Shown here piece after piece: positions 1 through 10,702 of a DNA stretch of 64,000 nucleotides (positions are counted from its first letter, which is position 1; every line of letters begins with the position of its first letter). The notes beneath the pieces were generated by a model. That model had not been told where the DNA came from and did not search any database. It worked only from the letters and a program-made list of their open reading frames with translations. The stretch lies in the NCBI GenBank assembly GCA_040285825.1, contig JAUPSS010000007.1, forward strand, positions 1,202,501 through 1,266,500. The letters run 5' to 3'. The translations under genes and the position numbers were made by a program. The DNA is from Eukaryota sp. TZLM1-RC. Lineage: Eukaryota > Protista > Metamonada: BaSk clade.

Positions 1-1
1 T

Positions 2-3000
2 CTTTCTGTGGCGAGTAGGGAGTTTGATTCCATTTTTGTTGGCATAGTCGAGTAAGACGCTGTTGATTCTAAAACCATCACGAAGGTTCTCTAATGGTTG
101 CCACAAAGTAGGCCCGTTGAGAAATTTCACTAAGAAAGTAAACTGATTATCCTCAATACGATGATCAGTGATATTTTCTACGATGAATTCGGAAGAGTCT
201 AAGGCAGCAACTGTTCTAGCATTATCGTTGAGTTCGTTTGGTAGAAAAGGTAGAAGTTGATATTGAGAAACGTTGTAAGAGCTGTCGTTAACAATACTTC
301 CAATCTTGTACCCGTTAGATCCAAGTATCTCAAGTACGACGAAGGGTCCAGTGTGCTTAATAAATTTGTTTTTGTTGTCAGATTTCCTAAGAACCAGGTC
401 TCCAATCTTAAATAGTGGTTCATGTTTAAGATGAGGTTTGGTGAAACTGTCTTGCTGATTCTCGGCAGATAGCCATAAGCTAGTGAGTGTATTTTCAAGA
501 TCAAGCAGGAACGTTTTTGCCTTTGTGCGTGAATCTAGTTTGAAATTGGAAATGGGTGAAGATAAGATGTGATCGATGATATTTCGTCGTGGTGATGTAT
601 TAGCCCCAAACAAGAGTGTAAAGGGAGCAAATCCTGTGGATGAGCACGGAAAAGAGTTGATAATTAGTTGAGTGAAGGGAATTAATTTTGACCAATTTGC
701 CCTATTGTTGTATTCGGCTGCGAATCTGTTTAAAGTAGATCGGATATCTCTGTTTCGTCTCTCTGCGAGTCCATTAGATTCGTGATGGTGTGGGTAACTG
801 AAAGTATGTTTTATGTGAAGACTTTTGAGTAGAGCAGCGAAAAGGCGATTGTCAAATTCAGGGCCGTTATCTGTTCTTATCGATTCAGGAAGACCAAACA
901 TGCAAAAAACAGATGAAATCAAAGCGTTTGCTATAGTCTCTGCCGTAATATTGGGAATGGCTTTCAATATAGAAAATCGTGTGAATGCGTCGGTCATTAC
1001 TAAGATGTATTTGTTCCCATCAGAGTCGTCCTGAAGAGGGCCAATGGAATCGAGATGAAGAGATTGGAAGGGTAAGTGTGAGAACAGTTTGCCTGTTAGA
1101 GGCGGAGAAGAAAAAGACGAATTCGAGAATTTTTGGCAGATACCACAGTTATCGATTATGGATTCAACATTTTCTTTGAAGTGAGATGTGTCGAGCTTCA
1201 GGGATTTGAGTTTTTGCAACATACGGGTTTTGCTGAGATGTGCGTTTTCCTTATGGATTGTACTAAGAAATTCCGTACGGAGGTCAGTGTCGTTGAGTAA
1301 AGTTTGTGTGTCCAGGTGTGGTAAGAGTTCATTAAGTTCAGCATAAAGACACAAGTCGTTGTCCGTAGCCGTCGAGGATTTCAATTGATGAGTGTAAGAG
1401 CGAGACAAAAGGTCGGCCCATAAGTTTGAAGGTCTGTCAACATGGTGCATGGTGAAGTCATAGTCAAATAAGATTGGTTTCCAGCGTTCTATAAGGGGAT
1501 TTGAAGTTGAACTGTTCAATAGAAAAAGTAAATTCCGGTGATCCGCATGAAGTTCGAAGCAACGTCCAAACAGAAATTCGTGATGAGGTTCGTAGCGTAG
1601 TGATTCGATAATGGCAAAGAGTTCTTGCTTGATGGTTGGCCAGTTTTGCTGAGTTTTTGTTAATTTGCGGGAAAAGAAAGAAACAGGTTTCAGAGAACGA
1701 TCCTTCAGGGGTTTGTTAGGTGCATAAGGAGGAAGTTCTACGAATAAAGCAGCACCAATACCTGTAGAGGATGCGTCGGTAGTCATGATCAAGGGGTGAT
1801 GGTCATCAGGTATAGTAAGAGGGATGATCTTTTTTACGTGATTGATAAGTTGATCGAATGCCTCACGATGGGTTTTGCAAGGAGAGTACTTGGAGTTTTT
1901 TCTCAGTAATTCGTCAAGAGGGGCTCGAAGTGAAGCTAAGTTGGGGATAAAATCTCGTAAAAAGTTGATTGAGCCGAGAACGGAACGTAATTCGGTTATA
2001 TTTGATGGGAAATTCAATTGTGTAATGGCTTCTGTTTTGGTGGGGTCTGGGAGTCGTTGGCCGTTGTGGAAGATTGTTCCGACAATTCGTATTGGGTAAG
2101 CCTTAGTTGTGATGATGCTTTTCTTGGCTGATAAGCGGATGTTGTGAGCTCGGCATTGTTTTAGAATCCATGCTATATGATTGATAAAGTCTTCGAAAGT
2201 AGCGGCAGTATCGATGAGGTCATCTATGTAGATCCAAGTGTGATCACTACCAAGGATGTTGTTCAATTGTTTTTGGAAGTGGGCTGGTACTGTGGAGAAA
2301 CCGAAGGGAGCTCGGAGAAACTCAATCTTGCGACCCGGTATTACGATAGCAGTCTTAGGAATATCTTCTTCGTGCATCAATATTTGATAAAAAGCGCGTG
2401 GCAGGTCGAAGCATGCGATGTATTTTGCGTTGCCGAGTTGTTTATGAACTTCGCTTAGACGTGGAATATCGGGGATGATAGGAATAAGGATCTCGTTGAG
2501 TCGCCCATAATCGCCAGTTAATCTAGGTTCTTTGTTAGTTCGTTCCACTAGAACAATAGGAGAGGCGAATGGGGAACAAGATGGTCTGGCTAGACCTTTC
2601 TCTATTAAGCTGTCAAATATTTGGTTGGCAATTTTCAGCTTTCTCGGCGATAGAGGTCTTGCAGCGGAGGTAACAATTTTTTCAGGGTGAAGAGGTAAAC
2701 GTAAGGGTTCACATTTGACTCCGTCGGGGTGTAGAGCTGTGGTAAATATGTCTGAGTATTCTTGTAGTAGGTTGGCAAGAGTTTTATGTTCGGCGTCAGT
2801 GAGGCCTTGGATTGTGATGTCGTCTAGATTGTTGGCTTTTTCGGATTCGACGTGAAAAAGCTCGAGTGGATTGGGATATAGGTCAGCAATAGGGTCTGGG
2901 TCTATATCAGGAGTGAAGTTGAAATCAAAATGAAAGGAAGAATTAGTGAGACAGCCAAGTTTCCTAAGAATGTCACAACCGAGAATGAGCTTGTCGGGAA

Positions 3001-4276
3001 GAGGGATGATCACGAGGTTGTGGTTTACGACGGATGGTTTTGAATTAATGAGAGAGATTTCGATACGGGCATCTTTAACCATTTTGTCTGGAGAAAAGGA
3101 TCCAGAGATTGTTTTCAGTTCAATTTCATTAGTCAAGGGTTGAATGTTAAGGTTCAATGTGGCACGTATGTTTTCGGAAATCAGGGAGATGCTTGAACCG
3201 GTATCGATGATTGCTTCTATGGAGGTACCGTTGACTGTAACAGGGCTGCGAAGCACACCGTTGTCTGAGGATATGTGAAAAACTTCTGTTTTCTTGTATC
3301 GAGGGGGAGGTGGATTATTGGGGCAATTTTTTACGTAATGGTCATAAGAACCACAGTGTAAACAGCGGCCGGAGTCCTTAGAGTATTTAAAGCGTCTTTG
3401 AGTATGATGAGCGGATGTTTCATTTTCGTCGGGTCTTCCGTTCTGTGGGATCTCAGAAGTTTCGGAACCGTTATCGTTTTTTGAAGGATTATCGGAAGTG
3501 TTTAGGCGAGGATAATGATTACGTTTCTGTTGATTATACGTTCTTTTGATTAGTTTCTTTGCTTCTTTGTAGACTGTGTGGAGGGATTTCAAATAGCCTA
3601 GGTCAACGTTTTCTTCAATTTCGTTTGCGACATGTTTCGGATGGAGGTTTCTTAGGAAGTAGCGGATGACGGTCTTGTTTTTTGTGTTGAAGCGGCATTG
3701 TTCAACTATTTCGAGAAATCTGACGTAATAATCAGCTAGCTGTTGTTCTTTGTTCTTGATTTTGATGTTCATACGGCATGCTTTCATCGCTTTTTTAGCT
3801 TCGTAGGGGTCGGTAATAATAGTCAATGAGTTCAAGTATCGATGGATTTTTTTGTCTTTGGTGGATCCAGTTTCGACAGTGATTACCTTGAGTAAACGTT
3901 TAGGAATGAAGTTCTTTAAAGGTAGGGCAGTGTTAGAGTTTGTTTTATAGAGTTCGTACTTCTCGAGGAAGTATTTAACATCTGTTCTGCTGAGGGAACG
4001 CAGCGTGACGGGTCTTACCATGGAGCCGGTGATAAACAATTTTTTTAGCGTTTCGGATAGATCGGGTTGTATGGTTGGGTTCTTGTCTTCGACATCATTG
4101 TTGTCTTGGTGGTCTTCATTGGGGTTGCTTCGTTCTTCTTCGGATATTACTTCGGGTTCAGACTCGGACTCTGATTCGCTTAACTGGGCGGTACTCTCGG
4201 AGCTTTCGGAACTTGACGAGGTATCGGCTACGCGTTGTTCGGATTCAGACGGGGGTGGCGATTCGGTATCGGACAT
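2..4276 (-). CDS. Ty3/Gypsy (chromovirus-like) single-frame Gag-Pol: Gag/CCHC, aspartic protease, RT, RNase H, integrase, chromodomain; 3' end lies outside the window
   Basis: Translated by hand from ATG at 4276 (MSDTESPPPS...). Motifs: zinc knuckle CLHCGSYDHYVKNC, protease AIIDTGSS, RT SPFASPIVLV / APFG / YIDD, RNase H TDASSTGIGA / QELFAI / DHRNL, integrase C-x2-C, HLDSIGP, RTDNGPEF, SNGLAER, GPF, and chromodomain-like EFIVENITDHR...FLVKF...WQPLENL. The frame is still open at base 2, which is why the ORF track omits it. Confidence 0.93.
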   Translation of the reverse strand, partial: MSDTESPPPSESEQRVADTSSSSESSESTAQLSESESESEPEVISEEERSNPNEDHQDNNDVEDKNPTIQPDLSETLKKLFITGSMVRPVTLRSLSRTDVKYFLEKYELYKTNSNTALPLKNFIPKRLLKVITVETGSTKDKKIHRYLNSLTIITDPYEAKKAMKACRMNIKIKNKEQQLADYYVRFLEIVEQCRFNTKNKTVIRYFLRNLHPKHVANEIEENVDLGYLKSLHTVYKEAKKLIKRTYNQQKRNHYPRLNTSDNPSKNDNGSETSEIPQNGRPDENETSAHHTQRRFKYSKDSGRCLHCGSYDHYVKNCPNNPPPPRYKKTEVFHISSDNGVLRSPVTVNGTSIEAIIDTGSSISLISENIRATLNLNIQPLTNEIELKTISGSFSPDKMVKDARIEISLINSKPSVVNHNLVIIPLPDKLILGCDILRKLGCLTNSSFHFDFNFTPDIDPDPIADLYPNPLELFHVESEKANNLDDITIQGLTDAEHKTLANLLQEYSDIFTTALHPDGVKCEPLRLPLHPEKIVTSAARPLSPRKLKIANQIFDSLIEKGLARPSCSPFASPIVLVERTNKEPRLTGDYGRLNEILIPIIPDIPRLSEVHKQLGNAKYIACFDLPRAFYQILMHEEDIPKTAIVIPGRKIEFLRAPFGFSTVPAHFQKQLNNILGSDHTWIYIDDLIDTAATFEDFINHIAWILKQCRAHNIRLSAKKSIITTKAYPIRIVGTIFHNGQRLPDPTKTEAITQLNFPSNITELRSVLGSINFLRDFIPNLASLRAPLDELLRKNSKYSPCKTHREAFDQLINHVKKIIPLTIPDDHHPLIMTTDASSTGIGAALFVELPPYAPNKPLKDRSLKPVSFFSRKLTKTQQNWPTIKQELFAIIESLRYEPHHEFLFGRCFELHADHRNLLFLLNSSTSNPLIERWKPILFDYDFTMHHVDRPSNLWADLLSRSYTHQLKSSTATDNDLCLYAELNELLPHLDTQTLLNDTDLRTEFLSTIHKENAHLSKTRMLQKLKSLKLDTSHFKENVESIIDNCGICQKFSNSSFSSPPLTGKLFSHLPFQSLHLDSIGPLQDDSDGNKYILVMTDAFTRFSILKAIPNITAETIANALISSVFCMFGLPESIRTDNGPEFDNRLFAALLKSLHIKHTFSYPHHHESNGLAERRNRDIRSTLNRFAAEYNNRANWSKLIPFTQLIINSFPCSSTGFAPFTLLFGANTSPRRNIIDHILSSPISNFKLDSRTKAKTFLLDLENTLTSLWLSAENQQDSFTKPHLKHEPLFKIGDLVLRKSDNKNKFIKHTGPFVVLEILGSNGYKIGSIVNDSSYNVSQYQLLPFLPNELNDNARTVAALDSSEFIVENITDHRIEDNQFTFLVKFLNGPTLWQPLENLRDGFRINSVLLDYANKNGIKLPTRHRK

Positions 4277-4303
4277 AAATCTCGCGGTCTAAAGTAACGT
4301 TAC

Positions 4304-4395
4304 TGTAGCTTAGAGAGATAAACGAATGTTTTATTATAACTAACACGAGTACTAAACGAGTGATGACGTGGCAATAACTAACTATTACGATTACA
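4304..4395 (-). mobile_element. Candidate short 5' LTR of the Gypsy element
   Basis: The minus strand reads TGTAATCG...AATAAA...GCTACA (TGTA/TACA termini), ending 27 nt upstream of the gag ATG. The second LTR is outside the window, so the boundaries are unverified. Confidence 0.4.
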
Positions 4396-4436
4396 GTTTT
4401 CCTTGGTTGTTTAAATATCCCTTTTATCGCCATTTT

Positions 4437-5096
4437 GCTCTCGCCTGTGCTCTGGAGTGCAATTCCACTCTGACTGCATTGTATCTTGGATATAAAAACA
4501 TTGCCGATGAAGGCGCTAGTGCTCTCGCCCGTGCTCTGGAGAGCAATTCCACTCTGACTGAATTGTATCTTGGTGGAAACAACATTGGCCATGAAGGCGC
4601 TAGTGCTCTCGCCCGTGCTCTGGAGAGCAATTTTACTCTGACTGAATTGTATCTTGGTGGAAACAACATTGGCCATGAAGGCGCTAGTGCTCTCGCCCGT
4701 GCTCTGGAGAGCAATTCCACTCTGACTGTATTGAATCTTCTTTACAACAACATTACCGATGAAGGCGCTAGTGCTCTCGCCTGTGCTCTGGAGAGGAATT
4801 CCACTTTGACTCGATTGTATCTTGAGGACAACAACATTACCGATGAAGGCGCTAGTGCTCTCGCACGTGCTCTGGAGAGCAATTCCACTCTGGCTGTATT
4901 GAATCTTCTTTACAACAACATTGCCAATGAAGGCGCTAGTGCTCTCGCCTGTGCTCTGGAGAGGAATTCCACTCTGACTGAATTGTTTCTTGATGAAAAC
5001 CACATCAGCAACTCATCTAGATCCAAACTTCGCCAAATAGCGAAATTAATAAAAATTTATTACCTGTTGATAGCCTCTATTCAAATAAGGCATTGA
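4437..5096 (+). pseudogene. Truncated RI/NLRC3-like leucine-rich-repeat gene (7 x 28-aa repeats)
   Basis: 84-bp tandem units encode ITDEGASALARALExNSTLTxLxLxxNN. The 5' side abuts the Gypsy element. The 3' end after 5050 is sequence from the duplicated exonuclease/Fanzor block. Confidence 0.85.
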
Positions 5097-5197
5097 GAAC
5101 ATTAGGATCTTATTGTCTTCAGGATGCAATTCTTGTTTTCAAATTGTTTATTCTATTCCAAAGGGATAAAATAATAAATCAGTCATGGTCTACAGTA
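5051..5197 (+). pseudogene. C-terminal remnant of DEDDy 3'-5' exonuclease (ExoIII) in frame with Fanzor
   Basis: Reads KNLLPVDSLYSNKALRTLGSYCLQDAILVFKLFILFQRDKIINQSWSTV. YCLQD at 5111-5125 fits the YxxxD ExoIII motif. It is in the same frame as ATG 5267, interrupted by TAG 5198-5200. Confidence 0.75.
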
Positions 5198-7445
5198 TAG
5201 ACCTCTGTTTCATCTACAGCAAGGTATAGAGAATTAAAAGAAGAGTTACTTATAGCATCTGAGGTAATGACTGCTGTAAGACAACAAACTTCATTTTGTG
5301 TCAAACAGTATCTTTTAGTCAAATTCATGAAGAACAAAGATTTGACAAATTTTGACTACAAACTATTCTATCACACAATGATATGTTTGAAAAAATTATC
5401 TTCAAAGGTGCATCAGTTTAAATTAGCATTCGATAAACCAATACCAACGTTAAGTGATGATTTGAACAACTTTATATTTGGGTTAGGAACTTATGATAAC
5501 AACTCTGAATTCCCTGGGTATCGCCATTGTGTTACTGAATACACCGACACTTCATCAATTTGCCATATGCCTAGACTAGATTATAACCATGTAAATAGAT
5601 CATTTGAATACATGAGTCAATATGAAATGTGGCCTGCTTTTGAACTGAATATCAAAAGAAATTATCATTTATATATCAAAAGGTTCATTAATCATATAAT
5701 GGGAAAAAAAGATTTGGAAGATCTAATGAAGGAAAATTGGACAGAAGTTCTTCCAGATAGTTTGCAACATGTGAATTATATGCAACGCCAAAGATTTCTC
5801 AGTTTCTTAAGATTTCGTTTGAAAATTGTGAAGGATTTTATGACTGGTGGGGAGCGAAATGAGTTGATTAATTACTTGCAAAATTTTGGAAATTCTGATC
5901 ACCCATCTAATGTATATTTTTTACAAGAAGTTATTAAATATTTTGATGATTCTACAACCGATGTTGTGTTTGAAACCACAAATTATTTGATTGAAGAAGG
6001 TGTTACATTATTATTGGAGCACTGGTTGTCTATAATTTTCCCAAATATTATCCAAATTAATGAGGGCAATGGAACAGAAAATGTACAAGTTAAAATACTG
6101 CAATATACCCTTGAAAAGTATCCTTTACATTTTCTGAAACCATCATTTCAAATAATTCAATATTTAGAAGGAATTGAAGCAAAATTGTTTAATGTCATTC
6201 CACTTAATATGGGTAGTAAACCTGGATACTTTCCAATAGACACGCGAACATTGTGGGGTATTGGGAAAAATGCTATGGGTAATTTAGATGGTAAACCTCG
6301 ATTTAAACAAGTCCAAAATTATATGTGTATGTCTGATATTGGTAGTCTAACTCACAATCAACAGAATTCTTATTGGAACAGATGGTTCAACACTAATAAC
6401 AAATCTTTCAAAAAAATGGTTTCAAATTCAATAATTACGCAGTAACCAATGGTATAAGTATTTGTTTTCAGTTTGTGAGAGAAGATCTCGCAGGATTAAC
6501 CTTTAAACCTGATTCAAATATTGCCAAGGTATCAGTCTCTTATTTTGATCACCTTGATCCTGGAGATTATAGTGATCAAAATGTGGTTTTTGGTGATCTT
6601 GGAAAGAGAGATTTAATTCAATTTGGAGCACAGTCGGAAGAATCCAATTCAAATCCACTGAAAAAATATGAATGGATGAGGCTAACATATGGTGAATGGT
6701 CACGTCTCAATAGAAAACACGAACAAGTGTTACAATTTTGTGTTAGACAAAATAATGGTAATAGTGAAGACCAGACAATGACCATTCAGGAATGGAATTC
6801 GTGGTTACGTGATCATGATTCAAAAACTGTTGATTACCACAAATTCAGAGAGTTTATGTTGGCCAAGTGTAAACACTACAATGCAGTGAAACAATTTTAT
6901 AGTTTACCCTTATGGAGGATACATAATATCCAAAGTTATATCCATAGGCAAAAAACTGAAGAAAGAATTGTGAACAAGTTATTGACAACATTCGGTGGTA
7001 AAGACAAAATGGTATTGTGTATTGGGGACTTGGGTCGTAAACCAATCAGTAATCTCAAACATAGTCCCCCAACTCCTTCCAATAGATGGATAAGTTGTTT
7101 TCTTAGACGAGGTTTTCAAACTGTTCTAATTGATGAAAGCCATACTTCTTCAAAGTGTCCCTCTTGCATTGAAAAAAGTGTTTGAAACAACTATCAAAAC
7201 AAGGAATCCAATTCCTAAAAGTGCTGAAAAAAACACCGTTCAAATCTCCTCATGGGCTTTTTGGAATGTAGAAGTTCTCAGTGTATTAATGATGCAAAAA
7301 GCACGATGTAAAAAAGTCAGAAAGTAGAGAAGCAGTCAAGGCAAAGTATTGGAATAGGAACAAGATGGCTTGTTTGAATATGTTGAATGTATTTGATCAC
7401 TGGTTATCCGGTGAAGAAGGTAGGCCTGTTTATCTTAGAACTTAG
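5186..7445 (+). pseudogene. Fanzor1 (eukaryotic TnpB-like RNA-guided RuvC nuclease), copy 1, frameshifted
   Basis: RuvC-I VVFGDLGKRDLI, LCIGDLG...PPTP, RuvC-II VLIDESHTSSKCPSC, HGLLEC-x4-C zinc finger, RuvC-III region WNRNKMACLNM, and C-terminal RPVYL. Indels at ~6410 and 7170-7320 all fall in homopolymer runs. Confidence 0.9.
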
Positions 7446-7600
7446 TTCATTTTTACTGACTAGTAAAATCTAGTTATAGTTGGCATGTGCCATAATAAAG
7501 AATAGTGCATATAAAAATTCAAATTCATAGAATATTTCTACGGTGCTATGTGACTTAAATTTTCGTTTCAAAGAGTTGTGCATCTTCGCAATCCATCATA
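7446..7600 (+). ncRNA. Candidate Fanzor omegaRNA scaffold / element right end
   Basis: Lies immediately 3' of the Fanzor stop, where Fanzor/TnpB omegaRNAs are encoded. Hairpins: TTTTACT-gact-AGTAAAA, TGGC-atgt-GCCA, TAGAA-tat-TTCTA. Boundaries are inferred. Confidence 0.5.
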
Positions 7601-7819
7601 TTTTTACCAAAAGAAAATATTTTCAATATATATATAAATATTATAAGATTACAATAAAATAGTAAAAGAATGATCCAATAGCCCATTTGCTGTTTCAAAA
7701 GAAGCAAAATAAGAAAGAACCTTGAGCAACACAAGTTTAAGTGTCCAATTTATTTTCAGAACTTATCATTAAATCCCAATTGTGGATCTCAAAGCATATT
7801 ATTCTCAATTTGCACAAAA

Positions 7820-8050
7820 TTATATTTTCTCTGTTTGTTTCATTTGCTCAAACTGTTTTCTAGCACCTTTTGCACTGATGGTTAAATAGAACGAACGGAA
7901 ACTTTAACAGATTCTTTTGACAGAATTGAAGTGCTTTTTTCTATTTTGGGTTGTTGAAGATGATTTCTAATGCTCTGCTTTCTCTTCGATCTCACTATGA
8001 GAGAGTTGCATCTCGTTGTTGTGTTTTGGGAGAGATGAATCAATTTGTAT
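7820..8050 (+). mobile_element. Highly degenerate 3' fragment of a CRE-type non-LTR retrotransposon
   Basis: The plus strand gives ...LKMISNALLSLRSHYERVASRCCVLGEM, matching LKMVSDALLSLGSHYERAASSVFVLGEM of the fragment at 13500-13919. Confidence 0.65.
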
Positions 8051-8323
8051 TTGTTCTTCTCACAGCAAGTATTACAGATTTTGTAAAATCTAGATAGACT
8101 AGTTAGACTTTGAGGGAACCATGAACACAATGTTAAATATGTTATTGACTGATCCTTTCGATCGACCCAACATTTAAGTTTAATATTCATCAGAAGATTG
8201 AATATCTACTTGTATCTATTAAATATTCCGCAAAGATGCAGAATTATTTATAAAATAATGATAAAGATATCCTATGCCTAGTATGATTGCAACTGAATCA
8301 AACCATCTACACACATCCATTCC

Positions 8324-8887
8324 ATGTCATCTACTAAGCCAAAAGCTGCTGTTCTTGTCTACGATGGAGTAGAAGAACTTGAATGTATATCAGTTGTTGA
8401 TTTCCTGCGCAGAGCTGATGTTGATGTTGTCATGCTTAAGTGTTACTGCAAAGAATTTGTGGTGACTGGCCTACACAAGCTTGGATTCCGTGCAGATGAA
8501 TGTTTCAATGGAGAAATAACATCAAAAACCTTTTTTGACTTGATTGTCGTACCTGGAGGCAGACAGATGGAGTTTCTCAAGTGTTCTGACTCGATGGATT
8601 TAATTAAGCATCAACATGCAAATGACAAGTTGTTAGCAATCTGCTGTACAGCTTTAGAATCTGTTGGTAAGAAGAGTAGTATCTTCACCAACAAAAAGGT
8701 TGTAGATCACCCGAAGCTCCGAGAACTGCGTATAGAAGGAGTTGAGTATGTGACTGATAATGTTGTTGTAGATGGAAACCTAATAACTGCATTGGGGTTG
8801 TCTTCGGTGTTTGATCTTTCTCGCCAGTGTATATCAATGCTGAAAGGTGAAGCAGTAGCAAAAGACCTCTTTGATAACATGTTATAA
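8324..8887 (+). CDS. DJ-1/PfpI (YajL/ThiJ) family protein, 187 aa
   Basis: AAVLVYDGVEELE, LRRAxVDV, FDLIVVPGG, nucleophile-elbow LLAICC and VVVDGNLITALG; typical length for the family. Confidence 0.92.
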   Translation: MSSTKPKAAVLVYDGVEELECISVVDFLRRADVDVVMLKCYCKEFVVTGLHKLGFRADECFNGEITSKTFFDLIVVPGGRQMEFLKCSDSMDLIKHQHANDKLLAICCTALESVGKKSSIFTNKKVVDHPKLRELRIEGVEYVTDNVVVDGNLITALGLSSVFDLSRQCISMLKGEAVAKDLFDNML

Positions 8888-8899
8888 ATCAATTTTTTT

Positions 8900-10322
8900 G
8901 ATTAATTATTATTAAAATGTTATTAATTAAATTGAACTCAATTTCTGACAAAATTGACCGAATGATGAATTTAGATATAACAAAACACATCAAATTTACC
9001 ATTATAAGACTGTGTTTTAGATCCAATTTTAATCATATATTTCGATCTACAAATCCTCTCGTCACTAGACCTTTGGCTCAAAAGTTTAATGAGTTACGTG
9101 CAAAAGTTCTGTCTCAATTACTGGGATGTAAAATGTTTCAAATTCCAGATCATGCTTACCTTAGTCCACATTATGGTGGTTTAGGGTGGACGAAGGCTTC
9201 TATTCTTACCTCGTGTGCTTTTGTTGGTGGATGCAGAAATGCAATCTTTGAGTTTTCCGAAAGATTTGCAGATTGGGAAGATTTATTGATGACAACGCAA
9301 AGTTCCACTGTTTTTGCATTAAATGAGGAAATTTCAAGAATTGATGTAGAAAAATGGGGTCGATGTTTTCCCCAATCATTCAATGTCAATATTCCAGAAA
9401 AAAATGTTTTAAATTTGAAGTACACTCTTCGAACATTACAGAAAAGATTGACTGGAATGTATGAAAAAGATCTTTATAATAATATTTGCAGCTCGGCTGT
9501 TTTAAATCAAGATCTTCACTCATTGTTATTGGAAAAGGGTGTTTGCGAAAACAAGGCGTCAGATTCTTCACTTTTTGTAACCATTGTACCACGAAGATTT
9601 GGATTGTGTGCCACTAATGAAGCATTTGTAACAAAAATGAGATTATATTTGAACATCCCCATTAACCAATTATTATCAAAAGAAAAATGTATTTGTTCGA
9701 ATTCACCTCAACTCACTTTGCGCCATGCTGTGAATTGCTCTAAATTGATACCTTATCGTTCTTCATTACATGATGCTGTTAGAGACACTGTTTTCAATAT
9801 GGCACAAACTGCAAGGATATCGTGTATCGAAGAGCCCCTGCTGAAGGAAACACTTTCTCTGAATAATTTTGGTTCTGATGATAGAGGTGATGTATACTGT
9901 GATTAGATTGATAATTCTGAAGCTATTGTTGACTTTGTCTCATGTAATTTTGCAAACGATACTTTGGTTCACAGAAGAAAACTTAATCCTGTGGCTGCTC
10001 TGGATTTTAAAGCAAAAGAAAAACATAGAAAATATGATAAAGAAATTGAAGATGCAAATGTCGATAGAAATACACAGCTGGTTTTTATTGCTTTCCCATT
10101 TTCGATAAATGGAAGATTATCAGTTGAAGCAGAAACTTTTTGGATGACTTCCAAAAAAATGGTGAAAGAAAAAAACAATGAAAAGATTTGATATTTTTTT
10201 ATGGCGTTCACGGATTCAATTTGCCATTATTAATAGATTACCGCGGTTTTTCAATCGAATTAGAGAAGCTTTAGCTAGACAGCAAGCAAATCAAGATTTT
10301 TTTAGAGGAAATCTTGGTTTAA
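8900..10322 (+). mobile_element. 5'-truncated CRE-type non-LTR retrotransposon (post-RT region, zinc knuckle and RLE), divergent family, pseudogenised
   Basis: YGGLG, C-x-C...H...C, HDAVRD, DRGDV...VDFV and KHRKY motifs. In-frame TAG at 9904-9906 is shared with the copy at 30465. Confidence 0.85.
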
Positions 10323-10702
10323 TAATAGTCGTCCCATTAGTTATGATTTAATTTAATCAAGTGTGCAAATTCAATAAATACGAATTAAATTGTTATCAAT
10401 ATATCATATTAGTACAGCAATACCAAAGACATTTTAAATAACAAAAAATAATTTTACTATTAACCATCCACACGAAATTCTGAGGTTGCAAGACTTTTAG
10501 GCAGTAGGTTATGCAATCAACGACAATCAATCAACCGAGGTAACTACCTTATTAAAATTGATTCAAGTAAATAATTCTACTCAAAATTTGTATAACACAG
10601 ATGTTTAGTAAAATAATTCAATTGCCTATAAAAAAGAATTAAATCTGTGTTGAACATCAACACTTAAAACCAACAGTATACTACCTAGCTCAGAAGGCAC
10701 CA

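Noticed and set aside
199-4292. Short ORFs listed in the track over the first 4.3 kb
   Set aside because: They are alternative or antisense frames of the minus-strand Gag-Pol.
7882-8190. 102-aa minus-strand ORF between Fanzor and DJ-1 as an accessory gene
   Set aside because: It is largely the antisense of a degenerate CRE 3' fragment, and the second copy has a small deletion right after its ATG.
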